Shown here piece by piece: positions 12,640 to 27,344 of a DNA stretch of 64,000 nt. A program made the translations under genes and the position numbers. The DNA lies in assembly GCA_964016885.1 (NCBI GenBank), contig OZ024741.1, positions 89,900,001 to 89,964,000 on the forward strand, given 5' to 3'. Each line of letters starts with the position of its first letter. Position 1 is the stretch's first letter. Origin of the DNA: Eledone cirrhosa (Eukaryota). The notes beneath the pieces are model-generated. The model did no database searches and was not told where the DNA came from. It saw nothing but the letters and a program-made list of their open reading frames with translations.

Positions 12640-12920
12640 GGTTCTGACGAGGAATGTTCCAGTTGTTTAAAAAATGGAACTACCTGATTGGAGGTGACTG
12701 AGTATTCCCCAGAGATGTGCCCCTTTAATGTAGTTCTCGGGGAGATTCAGTATGACACAGTGTGTGACAAGGTTGTACCTTGGAATTACAGGTACAACTC
12801 AATTTTTTCAGCTCAGTGGACTGGAGCAACGTGAAACAAATTTTCTTGCTTAAGGACCCAACGCGCCGCCCGGAACCGAACTCACGATCTCACGATCGTT
12901 AGCCGCCACACTAACCACGT
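12640..12920 (-). mobile_element. CORE-type tRNA SINE
   Basis: Minus-strand B box gagttcggttcc followed by gtccttaagcaagaaa (CORE-like); homologous to 52133-52400. Confidence 0.75.
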
Positions 12921-12928
12921 ATCCACGG

Positions 12929-14130
12929 AGGCGGAGAACGAGTCGCAACACGTCGCGCCCCAGATTGAGGATTTACCTCATTCGAATGGAAAGAGGATTA
13001 TTCTGTCAGGGTACTTACCATCACTACGGTAGAGGCCAGTTGGCTCCAGTTGTGAAAGGTAGCTGGATGTGTCGCGGCTCCTTCTGATGATGTCGTTCAG
13101 AACGGCGTGACAGGAGAACTGCGGGTGCAGACCAAACTCGTCAATAGTTTCACAAAGGCATTTGTGTGGCTCTCACACACACGCAGGCTGAGGCGCTGGG
13201 CCCTTTCGTTACGAGTGAATTCATCATCAAAAAGTGTACCGGTTGATGAAGATGGCACCGAATTGAGCCATATGCCTCTTTTTAGTTGCGATGCAGATCG
13301 GATCCAAGCGAGAAGTTGTTGGTCCTAGGAAGACTCAATCTGCTCGAATTTAGACCTGCATTTGATGTCGTCCCAGTTAAGTTGGATATTTATATAGGGG
13401 GGGGGGGGGGGGGTGAGATTATCGTCGTTCCAATTAGCCAGAGTTGACTTCAGTTTCCAGGCCACGTTAGGTTCTTCCGTCTTGCGGAGGACTTCACTGA
13501 TGTGAGTGCGACTGGAGTAGAATGAGGAGAGATAGGCCGGCAGTACCAGGTCAGAAGTGGATCGGAGGCAGAGTCCACCGAATTTCACGGGGAATTTCGT
13601 ATGTTGCCAGTAGCGCTGTCAAAACTAACATTGCAGATGAGTTCAGCACAGTTTCAGATTGTGGATCAAATTCGACGAGGTGATCTGCGAGAGGCTAACA
13701 AGGCACACTACGCAGCGTTTGGGGAGGGTGAAGCAGTTCTTCAGGAGGAAGAGTTCCGGGTGTGCGTCAATGAGGTCAATCCTTTCTGTCATCCTCGACA
13801 GTTCTGTATGCTTGGTTTCCAGGCACTCTCATAGAACTTTCTGGAGGATTTGAGAGCCGAGAATGTAGACGGCGTCTTTTGGCATTAGCCGACTCCCAGT
13901 CAGGGCGTGTTGGATGCTGAGTACGGCGTCTTAAAATTCAACTTCATCGAAGCTCACATTTACTAATTCAGACTTGGACGGCTGGTCTCAAGTCCGAGAA
14001 GCTTTAAGGCTGGAATGACTTGTTGAAAGTTCTTAACAACAGACTCAGCTGGGCCACACAGAGTCACGTCATCCAGGTACCAGACATTGAAGAGTTAGCG
14101 GACTGAGTGGGCAATGTCATCGACAGCCGA
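12929..14130 (-). pseudogene. Degenerate CRE-like (RLE) non-LTR retrotransposon, RT to endonuclease
   Basis: FNVWYLDDVTLCGP, PVKFGGLCLRS..LVLPAYLSS, RHAVLNDIIRR, LIWGAT..DSF. Confidence 0.85.
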
Positions 14131-14269
14131 AATAATATGAACATAGCGGTGATCTGTCTGTCTATTTTGTTGAGTCGTGGGCATATGTGGGAACTTTCTC
14201 TGTTAGACTGTTTGACTGTCTTTTAGATTGTCTATTTAATTGACTATGTAATAGTACATTGAACATAGC

Positions 14270-14575
14270 TGGGGAGGCGGCGAATTGGCAGGGTCGTTAG
14301 AATATTGGATAGAATGCTTTGTAGTATTTGTTCCGATTCTCAGCATTGTGTGTTCAAACAATGCCGAGGTCAGCTTCCCCTTTCAAAGTCGATTAAAAAA
14401 CTACAAGTCCAGTACTGGATCGATTCTTCCTCTATATCTCTTTCCCTTTCTCTCTTTCTATTTCTCTTGACGAAATCAGCCGTGTTAAGAAATGGAGAAG
14501 GAATGGGCTCTGCTGAGGTTTAAAAATACCCATGAAACGCTGTTTGTCACTACCGAAACCCTACGGCTCCACCTG
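14270..14575 (+). mobile_element. Diverged Meta-type SINE with extended 3' tail
   Basis: SINE body, then a CT-rich tract and a segment matching the reverse complement of 42750-42900 and 17740-17830. Confidence 0.6.
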
Positions 14576-14599
14576 GTTTTAGGGGATAATGAGGAGGAG

Positions 14600-14800
14600 A
14601 AACACAGCTGTAAGCTGTCTGAACGCCATTCTTTCTACTGCGCAATGATTTTTCTCAGTAGGATTTAGTAAATGAGAAAGGAATGTTACAGGCCTACCAT
14701 TTTGATTAAGTGTAACCCCAGTGGTGGCCTCAGAAACATCCGTTTCCATGTGAGACAGCATTTGTTCATCTACTTTAGCTTTAACAGACTCCCCAATATT
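14600..14800 (-). pseudogene. Gypsy RNase H remnant
   Basis: ETDVSEATTGVTLNQNGRPVTFLSHLLNPTEKNHCAVE resembles the Gypsy pattern ETDAS..ATLNQ.GRPVAFFSR.L...E..YS.VE. Confidence 0.75.
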
Positions 14801-15045
14801 TGTTTTAAGCCACTGATTGCCATTACAGCTACCTCTGAGAATGGAACTGAGAGATCCCATCAAATATAATAATGATGTTTTTTAGGAGGCGTAAGTTTTT
14901 GCGATAATTTTTATATGTATGTACGTACGTACGTATGTATGTATGTAATGATAATAATAAAGATAATTGTGAAGGCCAACCAAATCTGATTTGGAAGGAT
15001 ACACATAGCGTTGAGTGCTTGAACCTAATAACACCATGATAATTA

Positions 15046-15104
<59 letters not shown>

Positions 15105-15718
15105 TACACACATATATAGAACTGTGTTTATATTATGTCAGTATCCATGCATACGTATGTGTGTGTATGAACGTGTATACACATATATGCATATATTTAT
15201 TCGCAAAATACGCTTGCGTAATCAGATGCACGTGTATAAACACACTTCCCCCCCCTCTCTCTCTCTCTCTCGTATTCATACGTATGCGCAGACGTGCAAT
15301 CTCTTCCCTCCTCCCACCTCAGCTACAAACGCACTCACCACACACAAACATACACACATGCACACATACATACACTCAAACACAGATAAACTAACGCACA
15401 CATCGTCACAGTCACCGCTCCTCTCATTCTACATCGACCAACCTGTTTCCCAAGGGTTTCTATAAAAACCAGCTGTTTATACATACTACTTCTGTGAACG
15501 TGTGAGTGCTGAGTGGGAAGGGTATGAGGCAGCATATCGTACTCTCTCCTCCATACTCACACTCTCTGTTTTTGAGTGTACGTACAAATTTGGAGTTGTC
15601 CTTAATCTAAACACCTATTAATGTAGGACGCCCACGGAGACCGTCATCTCTATTGTATTATATATATATTGTACTTTATATATGTATGTGTGTATGAGTG
15701 TGTGTATGAGTGTGTGTA

Positions 15719-15751
<33 letters not shown>

Positions 15752-15769
15752 TTTTTTTTTTAACGATCG

Positions 15770-15975
15770 ACTTTCGTCAAATCGGACCGAGGGAACAATG
15801 TTTCCGTTGGTCTTTCCAATTGCTAATACTATCTATCGGTCGCAACTCCAGGTAGAAGGAGCAACGTGAAATAAAGTGTCTTGCTCAAGGACATAACGCA
15901 TCGCCTGGTCCAGGAATCGAACTCACAACCTTACGATTGCGAATCCAATTCTCTAACCACTCAGCCACACGCCTT
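15770..15975 (-). mobile_element. CORE-type tRNA SINE, 5' part
   Basis: Minus strand tggttagag (A box), gagttcgattcc (B box), tgtccttgagcaagacact. Confidence 0.75.
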
Positions 15976-16060
<85 letters not shown>

Positions 16061-16171
16061 CAATATATATACATACATACATACGTACATACGCGCGAGC
16101 ACACACACACACACACACACACATAAACATATATGTGTGTGTGTGTGTGCATTACTATTTGTACAACTTCC

Positions 16172-16252
<81 letters not shown>

Positions 16253-16662
16253 ATTATTGAATAAAATGATAGGAGGCCTGACTGGTGAAATTCCTTCAAA
16301 GATTTATTTCAGCAAACGCTATGTACATTTCAGAGGCCAGGTTACATCATCAGGTGTATATTGCATAATATCATCAGGTGTATGTTATATAATAAAGGAA
16401 TATTGGTAAACACAATCCAAGAGGCTATAAGGAGAGAAAGCAGATTAAAAAAAAAAACAGGAAAAAAGTGTTTGACTCGAAGGCGATCAAGAGGGCCAGT
16501 TGTAGTCAGTTTGGTTGACCGCCTTACATGGAATTTTACATCTCGTTTGCATTTTTGTCTGAAGAGAATACGTAAGGCAATTGCTATACAACTGCCTTAT
16601 GTCTTTGAAATACGTATAACATAATAAATAGGGATGTACATATGAAACCGTCTTTCGTGTTT

Positions 16663-16727
<65 letters not shown>

Positions 16728-17337
16728 AAATATAATTTCAGCGAGATCGTATTTCGGAAGCACCAGCCGCTATAGGTTCAACGGCCATACATACTCCTTC
16801 AAAAATATCTTCATTTAGCACCCTTCTCTATATAATTATATACATACAATCCATTTGCTTATATAAAAACATACGTTGTTGCAAATTTGTTTCGGTTTCT
16901 CCTAAACTCAAATACTCATACATACACAAATATAACATACATACAAACACACATTTCTTTTTCCAAGTAAATATTTTGTACACTGAAACAGTCATTCATT
17001 CTCCCCATCCAACATATTCAACAATTAAAAAAAATCAAATGCCACCGTTTTACCAAGTTTATTTGCTTGATTACGTTGGCATTTCAGAAACTACTGAAGT
17101 TTGGTATTTTTTTTATAAATGATTAACTAAGCTAAATGGATAACTTTATATGTTCTTTGTTTACCGAGAGTTTGCTATTCTAACAAATTATTTCAACTAT
17201 GTGGCTCAGCTCTATTCAATATGTCCTGTAGTTGGCAAACTATGTGTTTTACAAAATCAGTTACGCGAAATAAACAAACTGCAGTAGAAAAACGTTCTTA
17301 TACATCTTTCAGATGTAACTGAGTACAATAAAAATAT

Positions 17338-17530
17338 AATTGTTTCTACTTTAGGTACAAGGCCAGCAATTACCCAGTACATTACTGGTACTTTATTTTA
17401 TCGACCCCGTAAGGCTGAAAGGTAAAGTTAACCTCGGCGGGATTTGAACTCAGACTGTAAAGGGACGTAACTATGCTAGAAAGCATGGAGTCTAACCTTC
17501 TACCGATACTGCCAATTCACCGCCTTTGAG
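17338..17530 (-). mobile_element. Meta-type tRNA SINE, near full length
   Basis: Same family as 1885-2000 and 63695-63880. Confidence 0.85.
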
Positions 17531-17955
17531 TACAATAAAAATATAATAATTAGCCTTTATCTTCACAATCAATTATGGCTCACAAGGGAGCCTCTTCAAA
17601 GGTGTCCGACCAGTAAGAAATAGCAGCCAAATCTCACTTAAACCACATCACACTATTTATAAAATGAAGGGAAATACGTATTGGATGGTTGTTTATAGCT
17701 TTAATTATTGGTTGGTAGAGGGTCTGTTACTCTTGGTGGAGTCGTAGGGGCGTTGTCATAACACATGGCGTGTCTTGGGCATTTTAGACCTGACATATCC
17801 CATCCCTATCTAGAGAAAGAAAGACAGAGAGAGAAAGAATCGATCTTAGTATAGGAAAGGTACTTTATTTATCGATCTCGAAAGGCAGAGAGGCAACAAG
17901 CCTTTTGATCAAAGGCCTCTTGAATCAGAAGCGGACTTAAAGCTAAAGAAAGACG

Positions 17956-18002
17956 AGAAGAAGAAGAAGAAGAAGAAGAAGAAGAAGAAGAAGAAGAAGA
18001 GA
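17956..18002 (+). repeat. (GAA)n microsatellite
   Basis: Seen directly. Confidence 0.95.
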
Positions 18003-18119
18003 GCTCAATGTTTTACAATATTTACTTTCAAATCCCACTGAAATTTGCAAATCCTTAGAACTAATTTTTTGTAGCCAGTGCGCGAAAACAACTGATGGGC
18101 ACCGTTTCTCACAACTGAA

Positions 18120-18510
18120 TGTATATCAGTTGTGAGAGACGATGAAGATGAAGTCAAATTTCGGGGTCTAACTAACCGCTTCCTCTTTTCACCGGTATCC
18201 GTCGAGACAACTGGCGTCCTTGGTCTCCGCGCTGCGGATTTCGTCCGTGAAGTCACAAAGACGGTGGCCTGCTTGAGGAGAGAGTCCTGTGAGGTGGGAT
18301 GGCTGTTGCAGCGAGTGTCTCTGGCCTTTCTTCTCGGTAACACTTTTGCCACTTTGTCCGCGGGGCGCGATTGAGGCACCGCTCGGACTGGGGTGTAGTG
18401 AGTGCCCCCCCCCCCCCCCCGCCTTTTTTTTCTTTCGTTGCTTAATTGTTTTTTTTCTGTTTTTTTTTTTTCGTTTCCCTTTTTTTGCCTTCCCTTTTTG
18501 TTCCCTTTAA
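18120..18510 (+). pseudogene. CRE-like LINE 3' end (RLE C-terminus + 3' UTR)
   Basis: FSPVSVETTGVLG...WLLQRVSLAFLLGN*. The 3' UTR resembles the reverse complement of 28290-28400. Confidence 0.85.
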
Positions 18511-20216
18511 TAGTGTGCTCAGTTATTTTATTAGATACTGCTCGATATAATGTGGTTTTTCATGACATTGAGAGATTTTGTAAATTGAATACGTTTGTTT
18601 TTCATTACTAACGTATTTTAGGCACACGTTAATTTCTTTTGTTCACTGGTAACAAAATGTGTACACGTGTGCACATACACACTGTTAAGAAGCCACAGTA
18701 TCCTCCACACGTTTTTTCTGTAGATAAAACTACAGAAGTTTAAATTGAACATCAAAGTCACTAATCTTGGATGGTCTACAAAAGCATATATATTTTTAAA
18801 GCTAAGCTTCCGTCGCGTTAAGAGAGCAATACGGTTTCGTTAATCATTTGTTGTAAGTAGCTTTCGCTAACTCCACTTGTGCTCTTGAGGGAAATATGTA
18901 CATCACATGATCTAGCAATCTTCGAAGTCCTCGGTCTACAGACTTCCGCCCCGCGGACAATATGACAATGCTTTTGCTATCATGTCCGTGGGGTGCAGCT
19001 GAAATATACTGTTCAACTAAGAGTGCAGGATTTCCCCCTGCCTTTATTATAATTTAATTTTTCTTCCTCAACTCTTTTTCCTTTTTCTCGTTTTCTCTCT
19101 TCCTATTTATTACTCTAATCTTTTTAAAATACATTCATTATTGTATACTTCTGTTTGCTAATAAATTCTTGTTCTCATTTACACATTACTCTAAAGGTTG
19201 AAGACCGTTATACCGCATTAAGCTTATATTAATTCTGAGACCCACTCGCATGAAAGCCAACAGACCAGTAGTTATTAGTATATTTAACACATGAAGTATT
19301 CTGAACAAGTCTATAATAGAAATGAATATACGAAAGGAAATTAGGAGGATATACTTCGCAGAGGATGCTAGAAAAGGTCAAAAACAATACCAGAATTGTC
19401 TCCTGTGCTCCATTGAAAATTGAAAAAAAACAAAAACAAAACAAACATTAGTCACTGATTAATGTTTATTTATTATTTTAACTTTTTGGTTCTTACTGTA
19501 TATTTATTTGTAATTTAGATATTTAATGCTCCACGGATTAAATATGTTAATATCCACTGAAACTAATATTGTTGACTGAAAGGCGAGGGTAGAATAGAAG
19601 AGATGAACTTCAAGTGAACCGAAGATATGATTCATTTCCTATTTCCAATCAAACATATTAAGTTCGCTTGAACTACTAATATCTTCGAGAAAAATCATGA
19701 TTGTTATAACTTCCCATTTCCTTACCAACAACCCGAATGAAACAAAATCTGAATATTTTTTCCCTTTTAAAAAGAATCAGATGATAGCAATGTGAATGTA
19801 TGAGTATTTATAGAATAAGGTAAATTGGTCTGATGCTATCCATCAACAACGTATTTCTTTGTGTTTATTTATCTTTCCGTTAAGCATAAAGTAATTATTC
19901 GGTGAACGAGAAAGGTGTGATGGAAACGGATTAAAATTATAATATAATATGTAATTAGAAATTCAATGAGGAAATTTAAAAGTTCTAAATAGCATTATAA
20001 GGATTTATATTGGCCTGTGTCAGCAAAAAATGAGTTTCGTGAGTGAGCCGTGAAGTGAAATGAATTATTTTTCGTTGGAGAACAGTGGTTTGTGTTGGTG
20101 AGTGTAATTACAAAATTGAATTGGCGGAGAAAATTGGTTCGTCTGTACACGAGAGAGACAAAATGTGCGTGCAAGTGGCGGTGGGGGATAGAAAGAGTAA
20201 GTTATATATATATATA

Positions 20217-20830
20217 TTTAACGAAGGGTAAAGTTAGAAGTTGTTAGATGGGATTAACATGGTTGTTAGATGAAATAACAAGAATAAAGATTTAGTTTAT
20301 ATATGGTTTACTTCACTTCAATCAAAAAGTACATTTAAAACAAGTTACCAAGAGTTGCGGAGGTTGACAATTTTATTTTGTTGTTGAATATGAAAACAGC
20401 GAACGACCAGATAAAATTTGTTGGTGGTTAAAGTTTGTTGCAGTGCGTCGTAGTAGTTCTCGTCGTGGGTCTGAGACCATAGTGAGAGAGAGAGTAATGG
20501 TTTGTATACCTCTGAATGGCCTGTTGATAGCGGTGAATCTTTCACATAGCTGGTCTGTAGTAGTAGGGCTCCGATCTCTCTGTATCTCTGTAGACCCCTA
20601 GGGTCTGAAGGTAGTGGTTAATCTTTCACAAAGCTTGTTCTGTATCGTGGTGCTCCGATCTATCTGTGTCTAAGGTGGGAAAATATAGGCTTTATATACC
20701 TGCCGCTTTCTGCCTCCCACCTTTAGGGGATAGCCCACGCATGAACCTGTTCACATCAAAAGGGTGGTGACCTAGATTTTGACCTTTAGGTGTCACACCA
20801 AGGTTCAAGGCGTGGACAGACTTCGCTACA
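20217..20830 (-). repeat. LTR copy 1 (3' LTR)
   Basis: Minus strand TGTAGCGAAG...CTTCGTTAAA; TATATAAA at 20691-20698 and AATAAA at 20372-20377. Confidence 0.85.
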
Positions 20831-20845
20831 TTAGTTCCCTACCCA
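20831..20845 (-). promoter_or_regulatory. Polypurine tract (also 22671-22685 and 24511-24525)
   Basis: TGGGTAGGGAACTAA lies immediately 5' of the LTR's TG start. Confidence 0.6.
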
Positions 20846-21136
20846 GATCGATGCAGGAGCAGCGATCGATTATAAAAGGGGTAACGAAATCCGATTCCTA
20901 GAAGCGTGTCCCAAAACACACAAAATGTGGGTACTGCGCCCGCACTTCGAGTATAGAGAAATTTGAAGAGAGAAAAAAATATATAGTATGACCGAGTATG
21001 CATGTGTGTGTGAAACATTTAGAAGAAACTGTAAAAATACAAAATTGTGATCATGCATTTCGAACTGTTGTGTATGGATGGCTGAACGTTGGGGTTACGG
21101 TATCGGATTACGATATGATAACACAGAGGACTCTTT

Positions 21137-21471
21137 CTCTCGATGTATCATCATACGTAAGATTCTCTTCCAGTGAGTCGAGGTTTACACTATGATATGA
21201 GTGTGTGCAATTTTGAGTTGCGTGCTTCAGTGAGTCGAGTGAGTAGAAACCGTGGGTTGATTATCACGTGTTTAATAGCTGTTGCCGAACTTCGACCAGT
21301 TGAATCTCGATGTATTATCAAACGTAAGATTCTCTTCCAGTGAGTCGAGGTTTATGCTATGACATGAGTGAGTGCAATTTTGAGTTGCGTGCTTGAGTGA
21401 GTCCGAGCTAGTAGTAACCATGGGTTGATTACCATGTGTTTAATAGCTGTTGCCGTACCTTGACCAGTTGA
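21137..21471. repeat. Diverged ~168-bp tandem duplication inside the internal segment (repeated at +1840 and +3680)
   Basis: tctcgatgta...gaccagttgaa occurs twice in succession. Confidence 0.9.
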
Positions 21472-22040
21472 AAAGTGATCTCGCAGAGACCCAACAGAAT
21501 TCAGAATATGCCATAAACAAAAACATGTTGGTGTGTGACAAAGAAAATGATGTGTGTTTGATGCAAAATGTGTTATTCATACAGGCATATAATACAGTAA
21601 CACGAATAAAAAAAATAAAAATGACATTCATATATAACCTGTAAAAAAATAATAATAAAAATTTTTTTTATATAATTGTTCTTTACAAAAGTTCAGTTTT
21701 CTCTTCTTTATATGATCGGATTCTTGCTAGGAAGCTATAGGAAGCTAGGAGTATTGTCTGTTGTTGTTGTTATTGTTGTTGGAGATCACGAAGCAAGTGG
21801 TGACGTGTTTGGTAATTAATCGAAAGATAAAAGCGAAGTCCCTGTAAATATTCCGTAGAATGGAAGTTTGGTGAATAATTTGAAAAAGTGAAGTTTTATC
21901 ATATCGTAGAATATAGATGAGAAGCTTGGTAAGAGAAAGTTGTTAATATTGGCAATAGAAGCCATGATCAGATCAAAAGGCTGCGTGGTCCTCTTTTTTT
22001 TTTTTTTAAATACCACTTCGTATTATGTTTAATTTATTTT

Positions 22041-22056
22041 TAACGTCAGGTCACCA
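22041..22056 (-). promoter_or_regulatory. Primer binding site, tRNA-Trp-like (also 23881-23896 and 25721-25736)
   Basis: TGGTGACCTGACGTTA lies 1 nt after the LTR end, close to the tRNA-Trp complement TGGTGACCCCGACGTG. Confidence 0.75.
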
Positions 22057-22057
22057 A

Positions 22058-22670
22058 TTTAACGAAGGGTAAAGTTAGAAGTTGTTAGATGGGATAACAT
22101 GGTTGTTAGATGAAATAACAAGAATAAAGATTTAGTTTATATATGGTTTACTTCACTTCAATCAAAAAGTACATTTAAAACAAGTTACCAAGAGTTGCGG
22201 AGGTTGACAATTTTATTTTGTTGTTGAATATGAAAACAGCGAACGACCAGATAAAATTTGTTGGTGGTTAAAGTTTGTTGCAGTGCGTCGTAGTAGTTCT
22301 CGTCGTGGGTCTGAGACCATAGTGAGAGAGAGAGTAATGGTTTGTATACCTCTGAATGGCCTGTTGATAGCGGTGAATCTTTCACATAGCTGGTCTGTAG
22401 TAGTAGGGCTCCGATCTCTCTGTATCTCTGTAGACCCCTAGGGTCTGAAGGTAGTGGTTAATCTTTCACAAAGCTTGTTCTGTATCGTGGTGCTCCGATC
22501 TATCTGTGTCTAAGGTGGGAAAATATAGGCTTTATATACCTGCCGCTTTCTGCCTCCCACCTTTAGGGGATAGCCCACGCATGAACCTGTTCACATCAAA
22601 AGGGTGGTGACCTAGATTTTGACCTTTAGGTGTCACACCAAGGTTCAAGGCGTGGACAGACTTCGCTACA
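22058..22670 (-). repeat. LTR copy 2
   Basis: Reads identical to copy 3. Confidence 0.85.
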
Positions 22671-23897
22671 TTAGTTCCCTACCCAGATCGATGCAGGAGC
22701 AGCGATCGATTATAAAAGGGGTAACGAAATCCGATTCCTAGAAGCGTGTCCCAAAACACACAAAATGTGGGTACTGCGCCCGCACTTCGAGTATAGAGAA
22801 ATTTGAAGAGAGAAAAAAATATATAGTATGACCGAGTATGCATGTGTGTGTGAAACATTTAGAAGAAACTGTAAAAATACAAAATTGTGATCATGCATTT
22901 CGAACTGTTGTGTATGGATGGCTGAACGTTGGGGTTACGGTATCGGATTACGATATGATAACACAGAGGACTCTTTCTCTCGATGTATCATCATACGTAA
23001 GATTCTCTTCCAGTGAGTCGAGGTTTACACTATGATATGAGTGTGTGCAATTTTGAGTTGCGTGCTTCAGTGAGTCGAGTGAGTAGAAACCGTGGGTTGA
23101 TTATCACGTGTTTAATAGCTGTTGCCGAACTTCGACCAGTTGAATCTCGATGTATTATCAAACGTAAGATTCTCTTCCAGTGAGTCGAGGTTTATGCTAT
23201 GACATGAGTGAGTGCAATTTTGAGTTGCGTGCTTGAGTGAGTCCGAGCTAGTAGTAACCATGGGTTGATTACCATGTGTTTAATAGCTGTTGCCGTACCT
23301 TGACCAGTTGAAAAGTGATCTCGCAGAGACCCAACAGAATTCAGAATATGCCATAAACAAAAACATGTTGGTGTGTGACAAAGAAAATGATGTGTGTTTG
23401 ATGCAAAATGTGTTATTCATACAGGCATATAATACAGTAACACGAATAAAAAAAATAAAAATGACATTCATATATAACCTGTAAAAAAATAATAATAAAA
23501 ATTTTTTTTATATAATTGTTCTTTACAAAAGTTCAGTTTTCTCTTCTTTATATGATCGGATTCTTGCTAGGAAGCTATAGGAAGCTAGGAGTATTGTCTG
23601 TTGTTGTTGTTATTGTTGTTGGAGATCACGAAGCAAGTGGTGACGTGTTTGGTAATTAATCGAAAGATAAAAGCGAAGTCCCTGTAAATATTCCGTAGAA
23701 TGGAAGTTTGGTGAATAATTTGAAAAAGTGAAGTTTTATCATATCGTAGAATATAGATGAGAAGCTTGGTAAGAGAAAGTTGTTAATATTGGCAATAGAA
23801 GCCATGATCAGATCAAAAGGCTGCGTGGTCCTCTTTTTTTTTTTTTTAAATACCACTTCGTATTATGTTTAATTTATTTTTAACGTCAGGTCACCAA

Positions 23898-24510
23898 TTT
23901 AACGAAGGGTAAAGTTAGAAGTTGTTAGATGGGATAACATGGTTGTTAGATGAAATAACAAGAATAAAGATTTAGTTTATATATGGTTTACTTCACTTCA
24001 ATCAAAAAGTACATTTAAAACAAGTTACCAAGAGTTGCGGAGGTTGACAATTTTATTTTGTTGTTGAATATGAAAACAGCGAACGACCAGATAAAATTTG
24101 TTGGTGGTTAAAGTTTGTTGCAGTGCGTCGTAGTAGTTCTCGTCGTGGGTCTGAGACCATAGTGAGAGAGAGAGTAATGGTTTGTATACCTCTGAATGGC
24201 CTGTTGATAGCGGTGAATCTTTCACATAGCTGGTCTGTAGTAGTAGGGCTCCGATCTCTCTGTATCTCTGTAGACCCCTAGGGTCTGAAGGTAGTGGTTA
24301 ATCTTTCACAAAGCTTGTTCTGTATCGTGGTGCTCCGATCTATCTGTGTCTAAGGTGGGAAAATATAGGCTTTATATACCTGCCGCTTTCTGCCTCCCAC
24401 CTTTAGGGGATAGCCCACGCATGAACCTGTTCACATCAAAAGGGTGGTGACCTAGATTTTGACCTTTAGGTGTCACACCAAGGTTCAAGGCGTGGACAGA
24501 CTTCGCTACA
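23898..24510 (-). repeat. LTR copy 3
   Basis: Reads identical to copy 2. Confidence 0.85.
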
Positions 24511-25737
24511 TTAGTTCCCTACCCAGATCGATGCAGGAGCAGCGATCGATTATAAAAGGGGTAACGAAATCCGATTCCTAGAAGCGTGTCCCAAAACACA
24601 CAAAATGTGGGTACTGCGCCCGCACTTCGAGTATAGAGAAATTTGAAGAGAGAAAAAAATATATAGTATGACCGAGTATGCATGTGTGTGTGAAACATTT
24701 AGAAGAAACTGTAAAAATACAAAATTGTGATCATGCATTTCGAACTGTTGTGTATGGATGGCTGAACGTTGGGGTTACGGTATCGGATTACGATATGATA
24801 ACACAGAGGACTCTTTCTCTCGATGTATCATCATACGTAAGATTCTCTTCCAGTGAGTCGAGGTTTACACTATGATATGAGTGTGTGCAATTTTGAGTTG
24901 CGTGCTTCAGTGAGTCGAGTGAGTAGAAACCGTGGGTTGATTATCACGTGTTTAATAGCTGTTGCCGAACTTCGACCAGTTGAATCTCGATGTATTATCA
25001 AACGTAAGATTCTCTTCCAGTGAGTCGAGGTTTATGCTATGACATGAGTGAGTGCAATTTTGAGTTGCGTGCTTGAGTGAGTCCGAGCTAGTAGTAACCA
25101 TGGGTTGATTACCATGTGTTTAATAGCTGTTGCCGTACCTTGACCAGTTGAAAAGTGATCTCGCAGAGACCCAACAGAATTCAGAATATGCCATAAACAA
25201 AAACATGTTGGTGTGTGACAAAGAAAATGATGTGTGTTTGATGCAAAATGTGTTATTCATACAGGCATATAATACAGTAACACGAATAAAAAAAATAAAA
25301 ATGACATTCATATATAACCTGTAAAAAAATAATAATAAAAATTTTTTTTATATAATTGTTCTTTACAAAAGTTCAGTTTTCTCTTCTTTATATGATCGGA
25401 TTCTTGCTAGGAAGCTATAGGAAGCTAGGAGTATTGTCTGTTGTTGTTGTTATTGTTGTTGGAGATCACGAAGCAAGTGGTGACGTGTTTGGTAATTAAT
25501 CGAAAGATAAAAGCGAAGTCCCTGTAAATATTCCGTAGAATGGAAGTTTGGTGAATAATTTGAAAAAGTGAAGTTTTATCATATCGTAGAATATAGATGA
25601 GAAGCTTGGTAAGAGAAAGTTGTTAATATTGGCAATAGAAGCCATGATCAGATCAAAAGGCTGCGTGGTCCTCTTTTTTTTTTTTTTAAATACCACTTCG
25701 TATTATGTTTAATTTATTTTTAACGTCAGGTCACCAA

Positions 25738-26473
<736 letters not shown>

Positions 26474-26771
26474 ATTCTCTCGGTTACTTCCTTACATGTA
26501 CCCTTGTCCCATGTTCCCCCTTCTATCGGTATGTTTATTTTTTTCCTTTTTATCCTTTTTTCTTCTCTCTTTCTTCTTTCCTTTCTCTCCCTCATGGCTT
26601 TTTGATAGATAAAGGCTATGGGTGTGCTACGGATAGATGTATAGTTTATAAAGCGCCGAAACATCCATAATCCGTAGTTAACTACTGACGAAGGGAGACT
26701 GTCCACCTCTTGTTTGTGTATCCTTACCTTCTAACACCCATTATCAGTAACCACACAGCCCCTCCTCTCAT

Positions 26772-26838
<67 letters not shown>

Positions 26839-27344
26839 ATTAAAAGTATGTTTCATTCAAACGGCTGTTGGATATTCGTGAAATGTTATTGGGCGGTGTC
26901 TAAATGCTCTTCAGAAAAATATTTATCAAATAACATCAAAGGATATTTATATTTCCAGATGGAAATTCATCATAAGTAAGGGGATAACCGAAATTAAAGA
27001 AAAGAAATTACGACGAAACAGTTGCCGGTATTTGAGGAAGATCTGGCGTTTGGATGTGAGAGAGACAATTGAAACCCAATAACATCAAATCAGTGTTTTT
27101 ATCTAAGTTCCCCGCCATTTTAAGCTAGTAAGAATTCACCCCAGTCGACCTCAATTTCTTGATATAATAAATAGCTGTCATTTATTTTTTTTCAATTTGT
27201 TATGAACCCTGCATACTATACAGACACAGCCAGTGTAATTGATACACACACGCTCGCATACATTTGGTGTTTGTGTAGGCATTTGTTCAAACGTACGCAA
27301 GCACACACAAACACATGTGTGTATGGAAGGGGGTGGGGTGGAAC

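Noticed and set aside
13081-13100. CTGATGA motif
   Set aside because: It is the antisense of the LINE coding motif NDIIRR, with no matching GAAA or stems.
16316-16357. Minus-strand hammerhead-like motif (CTGATGA..GAAA-TGTACA-TA)
   Set aside because: Stem II does not pair and stem I has a mismatch; at best a decayed copy, so it was not counted.
26625-26710. CTGACGA and GAAAC boxes near a ctacggat/atccgtag stem
   Set aside because: The boxes could not be assembled into a valid hammerhead topology.
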